Source: an uncultured bacterium | Lineage (GTDB): Bacteria > Fidelibacterota > Marinisomatia > Marinisomatales > AB-629-J13 | Assembly (NCBI GenBank): GCA_964496365.1 | Contig: CAZBZK010000005.1 | Span: 1-51,957, forward strand | DNA: 51,957 bases | Direction of reading: 5' to 3' | Part shown: piece after piece, positions 10,601 to 22,622 of the stretch | Numbering within the stretch: position 1 is the first letter of the stretch | How the letters are laid out: each line of letters begins with the position of its first letter | Made by a program: the position numbers and the translations under genes | Notes under the pieces: generated by a model | Databases searched by the model: none | The model's input: the letters and a program-made list of their open reading frames with translations, nothing else | Told to the model about the DNA's origin: nothing

Positions 10601-11459
10601 CGGGGATTGTATCTTCAACTGAATTCCATATTATGAAATTTGATACGGTTTTTCCCTGATCTGAATTGATATGAATTTCTCCATTTAAACTATTATAATT
10701 TTGATTGATTTCTGGGAAGTCCGGGAAATAATTTTCTACATTTAAATTCCGAAATTCCAATCTGCTTTCCATAAATCCATTATCCTTTTCATTCAATAGA
10801 AAGTCATATTGAATGGTGGATTCGTTCCACATTCCTGAAGATTCAAATACAGCAGTTTTTTTCTTCGCATCGGAGGTCATCCTGCATTGTTCAAATTGAA
10901 AATCCTTAAAATAAAATGAATCCGTAATCTGGGTGTTTTTCATTTCGAGTATCAATAAATCGTTTGAACTCCTGGCTGAACCATTAGAGCTAAATTGTAT
11001 CGATTCAATTTTATCTTTGATAATGACATTGCCATCTATGGTAAATGTTCGGATGAAAATTTCAGGAAAATTTGATGGTATAATTGAAGAGCTTAAATTC
11101 AGTGAGTCCTTCGAAATATATTTTTGATTATCGATTGTAATCTCCAGATTATTTATTTTTATAAATTCAGCGGTTGGAATATGAATTATAGAATTCCATA
11201 TATTTAATTTTAAATCCCAATGGTTTATGACCATTACAAATCCTTCTGGATGATGTAATTCAGTTCCTTCTCCTTTGATTTGTGTAAGCAAATTCCCTTC
11301 TAATTTCCCCAATTTGATTTTCCAATCGTTTTCATAAAATAAATTTTCATGGATATAATTTGTAATTTGATTCTGCCACACACTCGGGCGTAAGAGTGAA
11401 TAACATATTACGCTCAGGAAAACAATTGCAATAATGATGATGATTTGAAGTTTCTTCAT
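7692..11459 (-). CDS. tamB: TamB/AsmA-family translocation and assembly module protein
   Basis: N-terminal TM anchor (MKKLQIIIIIAIV...), long beta-rich body, C-terminal DUF490-like region (VSFTGPLDQPTLMLSS...SQSDILELLTWG...YRLRYSY). Start placed at ATG 11459 because the track's longer start overlaps the dnaK terminator. Confidence 0.82.
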   Translation of the reverse strand: MKKLQIIIIIAIVFLSVICYSLLRPSVWQNQITNYIHENLFYENDWKIKLGKLEGNLLTQIKGEGTELHHPEGFVMVINHWDLKLNIWNSIIHIPTAEFIKINNLEITIDNQKYISKDSLNLSSSIIPSNFPEIFIRTFTIDGNVIIKDKIESIQFSSNGSARSSNDLLILEMKNTQITDSFYFKDFQFEQCRMTSDAKKKTAVFESSGMWNESTIQYDFLLNEKDNGFMESRLEFRNLNVENYFPDFPEINQNYNSLNGEIHINSDQGKTVSNFIIWNSVEDTIPGEFELNFRSNSISITNAKMTKDSTSLHFNFLVNPQGNMNGWCKINQLKLTEWLNYPTKIILDGDIYFSGFLEDNKVKEWTFSADVIEKGIFPNDTLALSLSGLYDGEIFEFSEPLNAILNDQIVLIENRVNLISHQIYVNMNLKDVQLGSLPFSEEDFAIDGVMSGHIDINGTPEKPEFELNLLVENLKGYLFTSSQTEVKGHIHDVMAYGDGDIRLTFKNGRWSEVELGDGEIDITFNNGDIQFKDISFTSGDNFLQGSGKMEKSGKISMEQLQMGYESHYVAIPQPLIAIHKDEEIFIKPFIVHVNDGMIEGVVHLGSTIDGTLKMSNLDGAFINDFVPENRMNLSGLIFGEIGFSQTGNKQSSTIDLTVKRGQFYNQKFDDLTLSAIANEDLIHIEDFTLTHKNRTGLNLFGQFPLNKKSSENLLHIDSHFSFLAMEFFTQFIPDPFPLTGFASGEIKISGGNSPEYNFDIEIDESFYDKIYLGKLTGRGEYQDKNLWVSEFNSQTSNGNIMGSARLPLDLDYQSEQSGKGSLHAPLDVNLSGQFSHMDFLTNYVSMADSVRGNVEIDLSISGYWDNLVRDGKIELENCNIYSVSLDNPITQIDGTGMLNQNILQFDELKGIKSQSKEKIDPNIFVRGNLDLHQFFIPYYNLNITGDDIAFNSLTDEMEGNVSLNLNISGRDTVSINGLVGINDFTLFKEFNTTSLQGKQSTKKEEKLIHYDINFPIKESISLINSQIDAKLNGQLHYTRWGNNPADYSGELFFTEGKFYYYSEVFIISEGFLSFTQKGFNPILNIMAITDIEDEEIQVSFTGPLDQPTLMLSSESGFSQSDILELLTWGKRFEDQTISYTGLGNQAAEKLEKWLDSQFDRKIMEISGLDRLNILEEVQIEGATGLFNPKNAESFSIKAGLTKKVSLKYAYHRSFSLTNPNHSVGIEYKVNRYLSLVGNVDENGQVHAKYRLRYSY

Positions 11460-11515
11460 AAACAAAACAAAGCGTATTGAACCTACGAAATTACATCTTA
11501 ACAGTTCCAAAAACA

Positions 11516-11544
11516 AAAAGAGCACCGATTTTTGGTGCTCTTTT
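11516..11544 (-). terminator. Rho-independent terminator downstream of dnaK
   Basis: Inverted repeat AAAAGAGCACC-N7-GGTGCTCTTTT, followed on the minus strand by TGTTTTT; about 30 nt past the dnaK stop. Confidence 0.85.
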
Positions 11545-11572
11545 CATGATTAGATATTTCTGTATCAACGAA

Positions 11573-13483
<1,911 letters not shown>

Positions 13484-13532
13484 TTATCTCCAAATATATT
13501 TAATAAAATTAGATTCAATTTGGTTTTGATAG

Positions 13533-13607
13533 GTCAATTACCATGCCATAATATGTTATACGTCTATATGGCAGATAAATAATTTAATTAGTATTTATTG
13601 GCAGATA
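13533..13607 (-). promoter_or_regulatory. Candidate sigma-54-like promoter of dnaK with two upstream direct repeats
   Basis: Minus-strand TGGCATGGTAATTGAC at 13548-13533 (GG-N10-GA against the GG-N10-GC consensus); TATCTGCCA repeated at 13577-13569 and 13607-13599. Confidence 0.45.
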
Positions 13608-13622
13608 TTGAGTCTTGTATAT

Positions 13623-16121
13623 TTAATTTTTGGAAATGTCCATTCCGGGCAAAGGGGAAGATTTCCTTGAGCTATTTTTAAGGGACTCCCCTTTTTTGAA
13701 TTTTATTTTCAAACTCCCTTTTTCAGAATCCACCTTAATTGTATCACCTAAAACTATTTTATGATCCAAAAGTAATTCAGAGATAGGATCTTCCAAGGAA
13801 AATCGAACTTCACGGGATAAATTCCGAGCACCGTATTCTTGGCTAAACCCACGATTTACCATGATTTTTTTTGCATTTTTTGTGATAGAGAGTTTCAAAC
13901 CAATTTCTTTTAAATTGGTAATTAATTCGTTTAAAAATATATCAATAATTTTAAGAGCATCCTCTTTTGTTAATGGATTGAAAACAATAGATTCATCAAC
14001 CCTGTTAATAAATTCAGGATTGAAGGACCCTTTCATTTTCTCCAATACCTTCTCTTTTATTTCACTGATTTTAAATCCGGAATGGGTGGTCCCAAATCCA
14101 AAAGCATTGGATTTCAACTCTTTGGTTCCCAAATTAGATGTCATAATAATAATTGTGTTTTTAAAATCTACTTTTCGTCCTAATCCGTCCGTTAAGGCAC
14201 CCTCGTCAAAAAGTTGCAATAGTACATTAAAAATATCTGGATGCGCTTTTTCTATTTCATCTAAAAGAATAACCGAATATGGATTCCTTCTTACGGATTC
14301 AGTTAATTTTCCTCCTTCCTCATAGCCTACGTACCCGGGTGGAGCACCAATCAATCTTGAGACCGAAAACTTTTCTCCATATTCTGACATATCTAATTTA
14401 ATCAACGATTCCTGTCGGCTGAACATATGACTCGCTAAAACCTTCGCAAGTTCTGTTTTTCCCACACCTGTAGGTCCTAAAAAGAGAAAGACTCCAATAG
14501 GGCGAGTTGGATTTTTTAAACCAGTTCTTGCTCTTCGTATCGCCCGTGTGAGGCTTTGGATGGCTTCATCCTGCGCGACAATTTTCTGATTTAATTCCGT
14601 AACCATATTTATCAATTTTTTAGACTCAGATTGAGCAACTTTATTTACGGGAATTCCAGTCATTTGGGAGACGACATCGGCTATCATTTCATCGGTTATT
14701 TTCACCGGATGTTTTTCTTCCTCCTCATTCCATTCCTTTTGAGCTTTGGTCAATTTATGAGTTAATTTTTGTTCTGTATCTCTTAAAGCAGCAGCTTCCT
14801 CAAATTTTTGTTGAGATACCACTGTATCCTTTTTCTGTTTTATTCGATCGATTTCAATTTCAATTTCTACTATTTCATCTGGGACGGTCAAATTTCGAAT
14901 ATATGCTCTAGAGCCAGATTCATCCATGACATCAATGGCTTTGTCTGGTAAATATCTGTCGCTGATATATCTATGTGCTAAATGAACGCAAGTTTCGATC
15001 GCTTTTTGGTCGAATAGAACATTGTGATGAGATTCGTAATTTGATCTCAATCCTTTTAAAATTTCAATAGATTCTTCTACCGATGGAGGGTGCACTAAAA
15101 TCTTTTGAAATCTACGTTCCAATGCACCATCCTTTTCTACATGTTTTCGATATTCATCTAAAGTGGTGGCTCCAATGCAATGAATGTCACCTCTGGCTAA
15201 CGCTGGTTTAAACATATTGGAAGCATCCAACGAACCAGCTGCGCTTCCGGCACCCACCAAGGTATGTAATTCATCAATAAATAAAATGATGTTTCTGGTA
15301 TTTTCTAATTCCTTCATGATGGTTTTTATTCGTTCTTCAAATTGACCTCTATACTTGGTTCCGGCTACTATGGAAGTCAAATCTAAAGCAAGAATTCGTT
15401 TGTTATGTAAAACACGAGGAACAGATTTATTAATGATTCGTTGAGCTAACCCTTCGATAATTGCAGTTTTTCCAACGCCCGGTTCACCAATTAAGACAGG
15501 ATTATTTTTCTTCCTGCGGGTGAGAATTTGTGCTACTCTCTCAATCTCATTTTCCCTTCCAATAATTGGGTCCAGCTTATTTCCTTTTGCTAATTGTGTA
15601 ATATCCCTAGAAAAATGGTCTAAAGCAGGTGTTTTTTGTTTTTTAACTTTAGGAGGGGAGAAAACCGGTATATTTTTTTGTTTTTTAAATTCTTTCTGTT
15701 CCGTGAGCAATTCCTTTACCGTATTATAATTCAAATTAAAAGCAATCAATGTATCAAATGCAATCCCTTCAGATTCTCTTAATATGGCTAATAATAGATG
15801 CTCATCGTCAGCGATGGTCACATTTAATTTTGTCGCTTCGTTGAACGTGTTTCGTAAAATTCGTTCAGCTCTTCTTGTCAGTGGAAGATGACCTAATGTC
15901 ATAGTTCCACTTGAAGTTTTAATTAAATCTTCAATCATGGTACGCATCTCATTTTTATCACAATTATAGATGTCGAATAATTTTGATGATAAGCCTGAAT
16001 TCTGCTTGATAATTCCTAATAAAAGATGTTCCGAACCCACATAACTATGTCCTAATCGGATTGCTTCCTCCTTTGCAAACCGCATAATTGACTGCACTCG
16101 TTTAGAAAAATTCTCTTTCAT
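13623..16121 (-). CDS. clpC: ATP-dependent Clp protease ATP-binding subunit ClpC
   Basis: Clp-N repeats, two Walker A motifs ([16 protein letters not shown]), UVR-like middle domain ([11 protein letters not shown]), FGF ClpP-docking loop. Confidence 0.95.
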   Translation of the reverse strand: MKENFSKRVQSIMRFAKEEAIRLGHSYVGSEHLLLGIIKQNSGLSSKLFDIYNCDKNEMRTMIEDLIKTSSGTMTLGHLPLTRRAERILRNTFNEATKLNVTIADDEHLLLAILRESEGIAFDTLIAFNLNYNTVKELLTEQKEFKKQKNIPVFSPPKVKKQKTPALDHFSRDITQLAKGNKLDPIIGRENEIERVAQILTRRKKNNPVLIGEPGVGKTAIIEGLAQRIINKSVPRVLHNKRILALDLTSIVAGTKYRGQFEERIKTIMKELENTRNIILFIDELHTLVGAGSAAGSLDASNMFKPALARGDIHCIGATTLDEYRKHVEKDGALERRFQKILVHPPSVEESIEILKGLRSNYESHHNVLFDQKAIETCVHLAHRYISDRYLPDKAIDVMDESGSRAYIRNLTVPDEIVEIEIEIDRIKQKKDTVVSQQKFEEAAALRDTEQKLTHKLTKAQKEWNEEEEKHPVKITDEMIADVVSQMTGIPVNKVAQSESKKLINMVTELNQKIVAQDEAIQSLTRAIRRARTGLKNPTRPIGVFLFLGPTGVGKTELAKVLASHMFSRQESLIKLDMSEYGEKFSVSRLIGAPPGYVGYEEGGKLTESVRRNPYSVILLDEIEKAHPDIFNVLLQLFDEGALTDGLGRKVDFKNTIIIMTSNLGTKELKSNAFGFGTTHSGFKISEIKEKVLEKMKGSFNPEFINRVDESIVFNPLTKEDALKIIDIFLNELITNLKEIGLKLSITKNAKKIMVNRGFSQEYGARNLSREVRFSLEDPISELLLDHKIVLGDTIKVDSEKGSLKIKFKKGESLKNSSRKSSPLPGMDISKN

Positions 16122-16152
16122 AGTGGTAAAATTACCCTATACATATGAAGTA

Positions 16153-16830
16153 TCAAAGGTTATCCGTCACATGTAAGGTAGAATTTATCAACTGATAGGT
16201 TCTATCTGTTATTTGAGTTACCAATGGGTCATGGGTAGCAATTAAAAATGATTGATTAAACTCGTCTTTAATTTTTAAAAATAGATCTAATAATATCTTT
16301 GTGTTGTCTTTGTCCAAATTACCGGTTGGTTCATCTGCAAATATAATTGCGGGCTGTTGAATCAAAGCCCTCATTATGGCTACTCGTTGTCTCTCACCTC
16401 CAGAGAGTTGTTGGGGATAATGGGACATTCTGGAGGATAATTCCATAAAGTTAAACCACTCAATCGCCCTGTTTCGAGAACTATCTCGTTTGGATCCGAT
16501 TAAGGTTGGAATCATCACATTTTCAATTGCTGTAAATTCAGGTAATAAATGATGAAATTGAAATACAAATCCTAATGTTTTATTTCTTAGTGTTGCCGTA
16601 TCTTTTTTTGACAATTTTGACACATCCTTTCCTTCGATTAATACGGCACCCGAGTCTGGTTTATCCAAAGTCCCCAAAATATTCAATAGAGTAGATTTCC
16701 CTGCACCAGAGGATCCAATTATACCAACTACTTCACCTGAATTCATTTCCAATGAAACATCCTTTAAAACCGAAAGACGGTTTTTTCCGTTGGAATAAGA
16801 TTTACAAATATTATGACAAGAAAGAATCAT
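16153..16830 (-). CDS. lolD: Lipoprotein-releasing ABC transporter ATP-binding protein
   Basis: GSSGAGKST, GFVFQFHHLLPEFTA (LolD motif), LSGGERQR, ADEPTGNLD. Confidence 0.92.
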   Translation of the reverse strand: MILSCHNICKSYSNGKNRLSVLKDVSLEMNSGEVVGIIGSSGAGKSTLLNILGTLDKPDSGAVLIEGKDVSKLSKKDTATLRNKTLGFVFQFHHLLPEFTAIENVMIPTLIGSKRDSSRNRAIEWFNFMELSSRMSHYPQQLSGGERQRVAIMRALIQQPAIIFADEPTGNLDKDNTKILLDLFLKIKDEFNQSFLIATHDPLVTQITDRTYQLINSTLHVTDNL

Positions 16831-18020
16831 TTTTCGAGTTGAATCGCACTCAAAGCAGAAAGTGAAACAGCTCGCCTTGAAGCAAGAAAAGATGCAAAAA
16901 ACACGAGTGTCATAGCAAAAAACGGAACCAATAGAAATTCACTGATTGGCAAGGACATAGGTAATGCTTCCATAAAATAAATATCTTCTGGTAATGGAAG
17001 AATATCTAAGTTTGTTTGCAAAAGTACCAGAAATCCTCCTAATGAAGATCCTAAAAAACATCCAATACATCCCAGAATCAAACCGTGATTTATGATGATA
17101 CTCATAATATGGTTTTTTGTATAACCCATTATTTGTAAAATTCCCAATTCCCTCCACTTTTGACGAATAATTAACACTAAATTGGATATTAGATTAAAAC
17201 ATGCAACTATTATGATCAAACTTAATACAATAATTGCACCTATTTTTTCTAATTTCATCGCCTGTACCAATGCACTATGTTGTTCTTCCCATGTCTCAAC
17301 TATTCCCTCGTTCAGAATTTCATTTATCTCCCGTTTTTTGGTTTGTAAAGATAACATTGAATCAATTCTTATATCCATGCCATTTCTCTTATTAGAAGAA
17401 AATAATGAATTTGCTAATCGAGAAGATATAAAAACCGTTTTCTCATCATGATCTAATACGTTTGATTTAAAAATTCCCACAATTTTACCTTTAGCCTGAA
17501 GGGGAATACCCAAGGGTATCCGGACGGAATGAGGATTGGCAAAGTGAACTTGATCTCCTAAATCCAATTGTAATTTTTGGGACAGCAATTCGCCAATAAT
17601 CACTGGATTGTCTTTATTAGTTATGATTTCGTCTTGTAAATCAAGATTGTTTAATGGATAAAAAAGTAATATTGAATCCAATTTAGCCGCTTTTATGCGT
17701 ACCAATGCTGAACTTTTATCCTGATTGATGATTATACTTTTACCTTTCAAAAGAGGTAATGTTTTTTTTATTCCTGGAATGTCCTTAATTTTTAATTCAA
17801 TTTGACGACTCAAATTTGGATGTGAAATTGTCATATCTCCTTCAATACCCTTAATTTTTTCCGTGACCATTGATTCGAATCCATTTAAAACAGCTAAGGA
17901 AATAATGATTGCAAAACATCCGATGGCTATCCCAATTACAGCGACCCAACCATTGTATTTACCCGATAGATTTTGATTAGACCGTAAAAATCGTCTCGCA
18001 ATATATAATACTGGATTCAC
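16827..18020 (-). CDS. Lipoprotein-releasing ABC transporter permease (LolC/E family)
   Basis: IARRFLRS...LAVLNGFE, large periplasmic domain, ELGILQIMG, FtsX-type C-terminal helices. Confidence 0.88.
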   Translation of the reverse strand: MNPVLYIARRFLRSNQNLSGKYNGWVAVIGIAIGCFAIIISLAVLNGFESMVTEKIKGIEGDMTISHPNLSRQIELKIKDIPGIKKTLPLLKGKSIIINQDKSSALVRIKAAKLDSILLFYPLNNLDLQDEIITNKDNPVIIGELLSQKLQLDLGDQVHFANPHSVRIPLGIPLQAKGKIVGIFKSNVLDHDEKTVFISSRLANSLFSSNKRNGMDIRIDSMLSLQTKKREINEILNEGIVETWEEQHSALVQAMKLEKIGAIIVLSLIIIVACFNLISNLVLIIRQKWRELGILQIMGYTKNHIMSIIINHGLILGCIGCFLGSSLGGFLVLLQTNLDILPLPEDIYFMEALPMSLPISEFLLVPFFAMTLVFFASFLASRRAVSLSALSAIQLEK

Positions 18021-19222
18021 TCGTATCTAACAGCCTCCGCAGGAGTAATTTTACCTGCGAAATGAGTGGGAACAGTAGATGCCAACAATGTGACCATTAT
18101 ACTAAAAAAACATATGACTGTAAAATAATCCCAAGATACAATAACGGGAATTCTATCCATAAAATATACATCTTCCGGAATTGAAATCATTTGGTATCGT
18201 GATTGAGCCCAAGTTAAGCCAAGTCCAAGTAATCCTCCAATAATTGTACCCGAAATACCAATAAAAATCCCATCCATAAGAAAAATCATTTGAATGCGCT
18301 TTCGAGTGCATCCCAAAGCTTTTAATAATCCTATTTCCTTAATTTTTTCTAATATAATCATTGAGATTGCAGAAATAATATTTATAATCCCAACCAATGC
18401 AATCATACTGAATATAATCAAAATAGGCCATTGTTGTATTGACATCCAATCGTAGAGATTTCTATGGTTTTCCTTCCATGTCGTTACAAAATACGGATAC
18501 CCCAAATATGAAAACAGTTCATTAGATTCAGTTTGAACAGCCTCAGAATCCGTCAAATAAATGGAAAACCCATCTATTTTGTCTGAATAAGAAAAAAATT
18601 GTTCCGCCTCTGTTATAGATACATAAACCATAGATCGATCATACTCCGTAATTCCGGAATGAAAAATACCTCCAATTTTCAGTTGTTTCATGGCAGAATT
18701 ATTCATATTACCTGCAAAAGAATTCATTTGAGAAATCACAATTTTATCACCCAATGACACTTCCAATTCCTCAGTTAACTTTTTACCTAAAACACACACA
18801 CCCTTTCCCAATTTGGATGATCCTTTAATCAGTAGCGGTTCTAATTTGGAACTGGTTTCAGCTTGTGGAATTCCATCTAACAAAACACTTTGTATTTTTT
18901 GTCCTTCACGAATCAGTACCGGTTTTCTAATATAAGGTATTGTCTTAATGGATTTCTCATAGGAGTTTACATAATCACTCAGACCGGGAGGTTCAGATGG
19001 AATCGAATGTCCTAAAATATGTTGAACTTGGATATGTCCATTGAAAGATATCAATTTTTGAGACAGCGTTTTCTCAAATCCATTTAACACACTCATGGTT
19101 ATAATGAGTGCGGCAATCCCAATCGACAATCCAATAATGGATAATCCACTGGCAAAAGATGTAAAACTATTAGGGTTTGGAGACCGTAAATGACGATAGG
19201 AAACGGTACCAATAAATGACAT
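18017..19222 (-). CDS. Lipoprotein-releasing ABC transporter permease (LolC/E family)
   Basis: MSVLNGFE, EIGLLKALG, DVYFMDRIP and C-terminal PAEAVRYE. Confidence 0.9.
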   Translation of the reverse strand: MSFIGTVSYRHLRSPNPNSFTSFASGLSIIGLSIGIAALIITMSVLNGFEKTLSQKLISFNGHIQVQHILGHSIPSEPPGLSDYVNSYEKSIKTIPYIRKPVLIREGQKIQSVLLDGIPQAETSSKLEPLLIKGSSKLGKGVCVLGKKLTEELEVSLGDKIVISQMNSFAGNMNNSAMKQLKIGGIFHSGITEYDRSMVYVSITEAEQFFSYSDKIDGFSIYLTDSEAVQTESNELFSYLGYPYFVTTWKENHRNLYDWMSIQQWPILIIFSMIALVGIINIISAISMIILEKIKEIGLLKALGCTRKRIQMIFLMDGIFIGISGTIIGGLLGLGLTWAQSRYQMISIPEDVYFMDRIPVIVSWDYFTVICFFSIMVTLLASTVPTHFAGKITPAEAVRYE

Positions 19223-19237
19223 TAATTTAAGGAATTA

Positions 19238-20722
19238 TTAAACCGAACGGAGAGTCGGAAATAGAATAACATCTTTGATCCACCGTTGTTCTGTCATAAG
19301 CATGACCAATCGATCAATCCCGATTCCTACCCCGCCTGTGGGAGGCATTCCAATTTCCATTGCTTCCAAAAAAGATTCATCCACGGGATGTGCATCTTCA
19401 TCTCCATCCTTCAGTAGTTTTTCCTGATTCTCAAATCGTTCTCTTTGGTCTAAAGGATCGTTTAATTCAGAAAATGAATTTGCAAATTCAGTTCCTACGA
19501 TAAATAATTCGAAACGTTCAACCAAATCTGGATTCCCATTCCTGTGAGATTTTGCCAATGGAGAGATGACTTTTGGATAATCCGTAACAAAGGTTGGTTG
19601 AATTAATGTGGGCTCGACAACATACTTCATCAATAAGTCGAGGCATTGACCATAATTTGAATTTTCATCGAGATCGATTTTATTTTTTTTACACAATTTA
19701 TATAAATCATCTCTGTGAGAATCAGAAAAATCTATTCCGAATATTTCCTGTATCAGTTTAGAAATTGGCTTTTTGTCAAAAGGTTTATTAAAATCCACTT
19801 TTGCACCATTCCATGTAACAGAATTCAAGTCCAAGGTGGAGGCAACATGTTTAATAAGAGATTCAACCCGCTCCATGTTTTTTTCATAATCTGCATAAGC
19901 CTCATACCATTCTAACATGGTAAACTCCGGATTGTGATTTCGATCAATACCCTCATTTCGGAAATCCTTACTTAACTCATAAACTTTATCAAATCCGCCA
20001 ATAATAAGACGTTTCAAATATAATTCATCTGCGATTCTCAGATAAAACAATTGATCTAAAGCATTATGGTGTGTTGTGAATGGACGTGCATTTGCTCCAC
20101 CGTAAAGGGGTTGTAAAACGGGTGTTTCCACTTCAAGAAAATCTTTTTTATCCAGAAAACCCCGGATGGAACTTATAATTTTTGATCTTTTTATAAAAAT
20201 GTCTTTGACAGATGGATTAACTATTAAATCCAAATGACGGGCACGATATCGTTGTTCTTTATCAGTGAATGCATCAAATGTTTTCCCATCTTTCTCCTTG
20301 ACAATGGGAAGTGGTCTTATACTTTTTGACAAAATGGTTATGGATTCGGCGTGGATAGAAATTTCACCAGTTTTTGTTTTAAAAACAAATCCTTCCACAC
20401 CGAGAAAATCTCCTATATCACATAATTTAAAATGGGAATAGCTTTCTGTCCCAACGTCGTCACGTTTTATATAAAGTTGAATTCGCCCGTGCTGATCTTG
20501 AATATGGCAAAAACAAGCTTTCCCCATTTTTCTCATCGACATAATTCTGCCTGCTAAACATACGGATTCAGATTCAAATGTTTCGTATTGGGTTAAAATC
20601 TCTAAACTTGTTTGTGTAGGATTATACACAGATGGAAAGGGATTGACCCCATTTGCAATGAGTTCTTTTAATTTCTCTTTTCTGAAATTTATAATTTGTT
20701 GAAGGCTTGTTTTATCTTCCAT
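19238..20722 (-). CDS. lysS: Lysine--tRNA ligase (class II)
   Basis: N-terminal OB fold (AGRIMSMRKMGK), YLRIADELYLKRL, FRNEGID..HNPEFTMLE, GMPPTGGVGIGIDRL. Confidence 0.98.
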   Translation of the reverse strand: MEDKTSLQQIINFRKEKLKELIANGVNPFPSVYNPTQTSLEILTQYETFESESVCLAGRIMSMRKMGKACFCHIQDQHGRIQLYIKRDDVGTESYSHFKLCDIGDFLGVEGFVFKTKTGEISIHAESITILSKSIRPLPIVKEKDGKTFDAFTDKEQRYRARHLDLIVNPSVKDIFIKRSKIISSIRGFLDKKDFLEVETPVLQPLYGGANARPFTTHHNALDQLFYLRIADELYLKRLIIGGFDKVYELSKDFRNEGIDRNHNPEFTMLEWYEAYADYEKNMERVESLIKHVASTLDLNSVTWNGAKVDFNKPFDKKPISKLIQEIFGIDFSDSHRDDLYKLCKKNKIDLDENSNYGQCLDLLMKYVVEPTLIQPTFVTDYPKVISPLAKSHRNGNPDLVERFELFIVGTEFANSFSELNDPLDQRERFENQEKLLKDGDEDAHPVDESFLEAMEIGMPPTGGVGIGIDRLVMLMTEQRWIKDVILFPTLRSV

Positions 20723-20724
20723 AA

Positions 20725-21823
20725 TTATTGTGCCATTTTTTGTATTAAAAAAGTTTGAATAAATCGATCAATATCCCCATCCATAACCCCTTGAATGTTT
20801 GAAGTTTCTTCTTTGGTTCGGTGATCTTTGACCATATTGTATGGGTGAAAAACATAAGATCGGATTTGACTTCCCCAACCAATCTCCTTTTTCTGACTGG
20901 CTAATTCTTTAGCAGATTCATTTTCTTTCTCAAGTTCCAATTTATACAATCTGGCTTTTAGGACTTTCATAGCTTGCGATTTATTTTTGTGTTGAGATCG
21001 TTCATTCTGACATTGAACTACAATACCCGACGGTAAATGAGTGATACGTATGGCTGAATCAGTCTTATTAACGTGCTGTCCACCTGCCCCACTGGCACGA
21101 TACGTATCGATTCTTAAATCATTTGGGTTAATATCTATCTCAATATTTTCCTCAACGGATGGATAAATAAACACACTAGCAAAAGACGTATGTCTTCGAC
21201 TGTTTGAATCAAATGGCGAAATTCGAACTAAACGATGTACACCTGCTTCTGCTTTTAGAAGTCCGTAAGCATAATCTCCTTTTACTTCAATGGTTACATC
21301 TTTTATTCCAGCTTCATCCCCCGGTTGAAAGTCCAATATTTTTTGGGAAAATCCTTTTTTTTCAACCCAACGATCGTACAATCTATAAAGCATATTCGCC
21401 CAATCCTGACTTTCTGTTCCTCCTGCACCGGGATGAATCGTTAATATAGCATTTTCAATATCTTCAGGAGCACCTAAAGTTAGTTTTAATTCTTGTTCAC
21501 GAATTAAACTTGAAAAATCATTTAGTTCAGATTCAACCTCTTTCGGCGTTGATTCTCCAGCGTCCATAAACTCAATTAAAACTTCTAAATCTCCATGCTT
21601 TTGATTTAAATCCTCCCACATTTGTACATCTTTTTCTATATTTGAAATTTTTTTTAACGTCGTAGCAGCGGATTCATTATCATTCCAAAAATTTTCCGAC
21701 AAGGTCAATTTTTTTAATTCCTCTATAGATTTAATTTTTGATTCGAGGTCAAAGATGCCTCCGAATTTCAATGTATTTATTTTCCGTATCTTTAAATATT
21801 TCTTTTATTTGGTCAATCATCAT
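20725..21823 (-). CDS. prfB: Peptide chain release factor 2, translated through a programmed +1 frameshift
   Basis: Upstream frame MMIDQIKEIFKDTENKYIEIRRHL from ATG 21823 ends at CTT TGA C (21754-21748); the +1 frame continues DLESKIK... and contains SPF and GGQ motifs. Confidence 0.96.
21748..21762 (-). other. prfB +1 ribosomal frameshift signal
   Basis: Minus strand reads GGAGG CAT CTT TGA C: internal Shine-Dalgarno, 3-nt spacer, slippery CTT-TGA-C. Confidence 0.95.
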
Positions 21824-21866
21824 ACTAAAATTTACGTCTTATGGAATATGTTAACAGATGAACAAA

Positions 21867-22622
21867 TTAGTGAATTAGCATTTTTACCAAATACATTACC
21901 CCAATACCACCACATAAAAATATTAATTGACCCATGGATTGTCTCCACCTATCTTGAGAATGTAATTCAGGGATTAAATCTGATCCGGCAATGTAAATGA
22001 AACCGCCAGCAGTAATTGGAAGTAAAATGGGGACAATATCCATCATATTTATTCCAATCAGTAATGCTAGAAAAACCCCAAAAAATGCTGACGAAGATAC
22101 CAGAAAATTATAAAATAACGCTTTTTTAACAGAAAGTCCTCCTTTAATTAATATTGCAAAATCTCCAATCTCCTGAGGAATTTCGTGAAAAAGTACAGCA
22201 ATAGTGGTTGCAATTCCCAATGGTATATCGGTCAAATAAGCAACTCCAATGATAATTCCATCCATAAAATTATGCAATGTATCCCCGGCTAAGCTCATGG
22301 GAACAAATGGAGAAGGATGTGTATCGCAATTAGGAATATGACAATGCCTCCAACGAACAAATTTTTCTAATATAAAAAATAAAATTATTCCAGAAAAAAT
22401 ATATTTTGAACCGGTCTCCATTGTCAATGTGGAAGATGTATTCATTGCGGGAATTAAATGAATAAACGCCGCCCCAAACAAATTCCCAACTGCAAAGCTT
22501 ACCAAAAAATGCATACTTTTGTTCAATAAATCATTTTTCGCTGCAAGAAAAACTGCTCCCACTAAGGATAAAATACTTACCACCAAAACACTAATAATCG
22601 AATATACCCAAATTTCAATCAA
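21867..22622 (-). CDS. ZIP-family divalent metal transporter
   Basis: Multiple TM helices, His-containing loop (RHCHIPNCDTH), HNFMDG and HEIPQEIGDF metal-binding motifs. Confidence 0.92.
   Translation of the reverse strand: MIEIWVYSIISVLVVSILSLVGAVFLAAKNDLLNKSMHFLVSFAVGNLFGAAFIHLIPAMNTSSTLTMETGSKYIFSGIILFFILEKFVRWRHCHIPNCDTHPSPFVPMSLAGDTLHNFMDGIIIGVAYLTDIPLGIATTIAVLFHEIPQEIGDFAILIKGGLSVKKALFYNFLVSSSAFFGVFLALLIGINMMDIVPILLPITAGGFIYIAGSDLIPELHSQDRWRQSMGQLIFLCGGIGVMYLVKMLIH

Noticed and set aside
11460..11525. Longer tamB start given by the ORF track
   Set aside because: It overlaps the dnaK terminator; ATG 11459 gives a normal basic-then-hydrophobic anchor.
19238..20722. lysS as the EF-P lysylation enzyme EpmA
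   Set aside because: It is full length with the N-terminal anticodon-binding OB domain that EpmA lacks.
20725..21823. prfB as a pseudogene
   Set aside because: The frame break is exactly the conserved CTT-TGA-C programmed frameshift with its internal SD.
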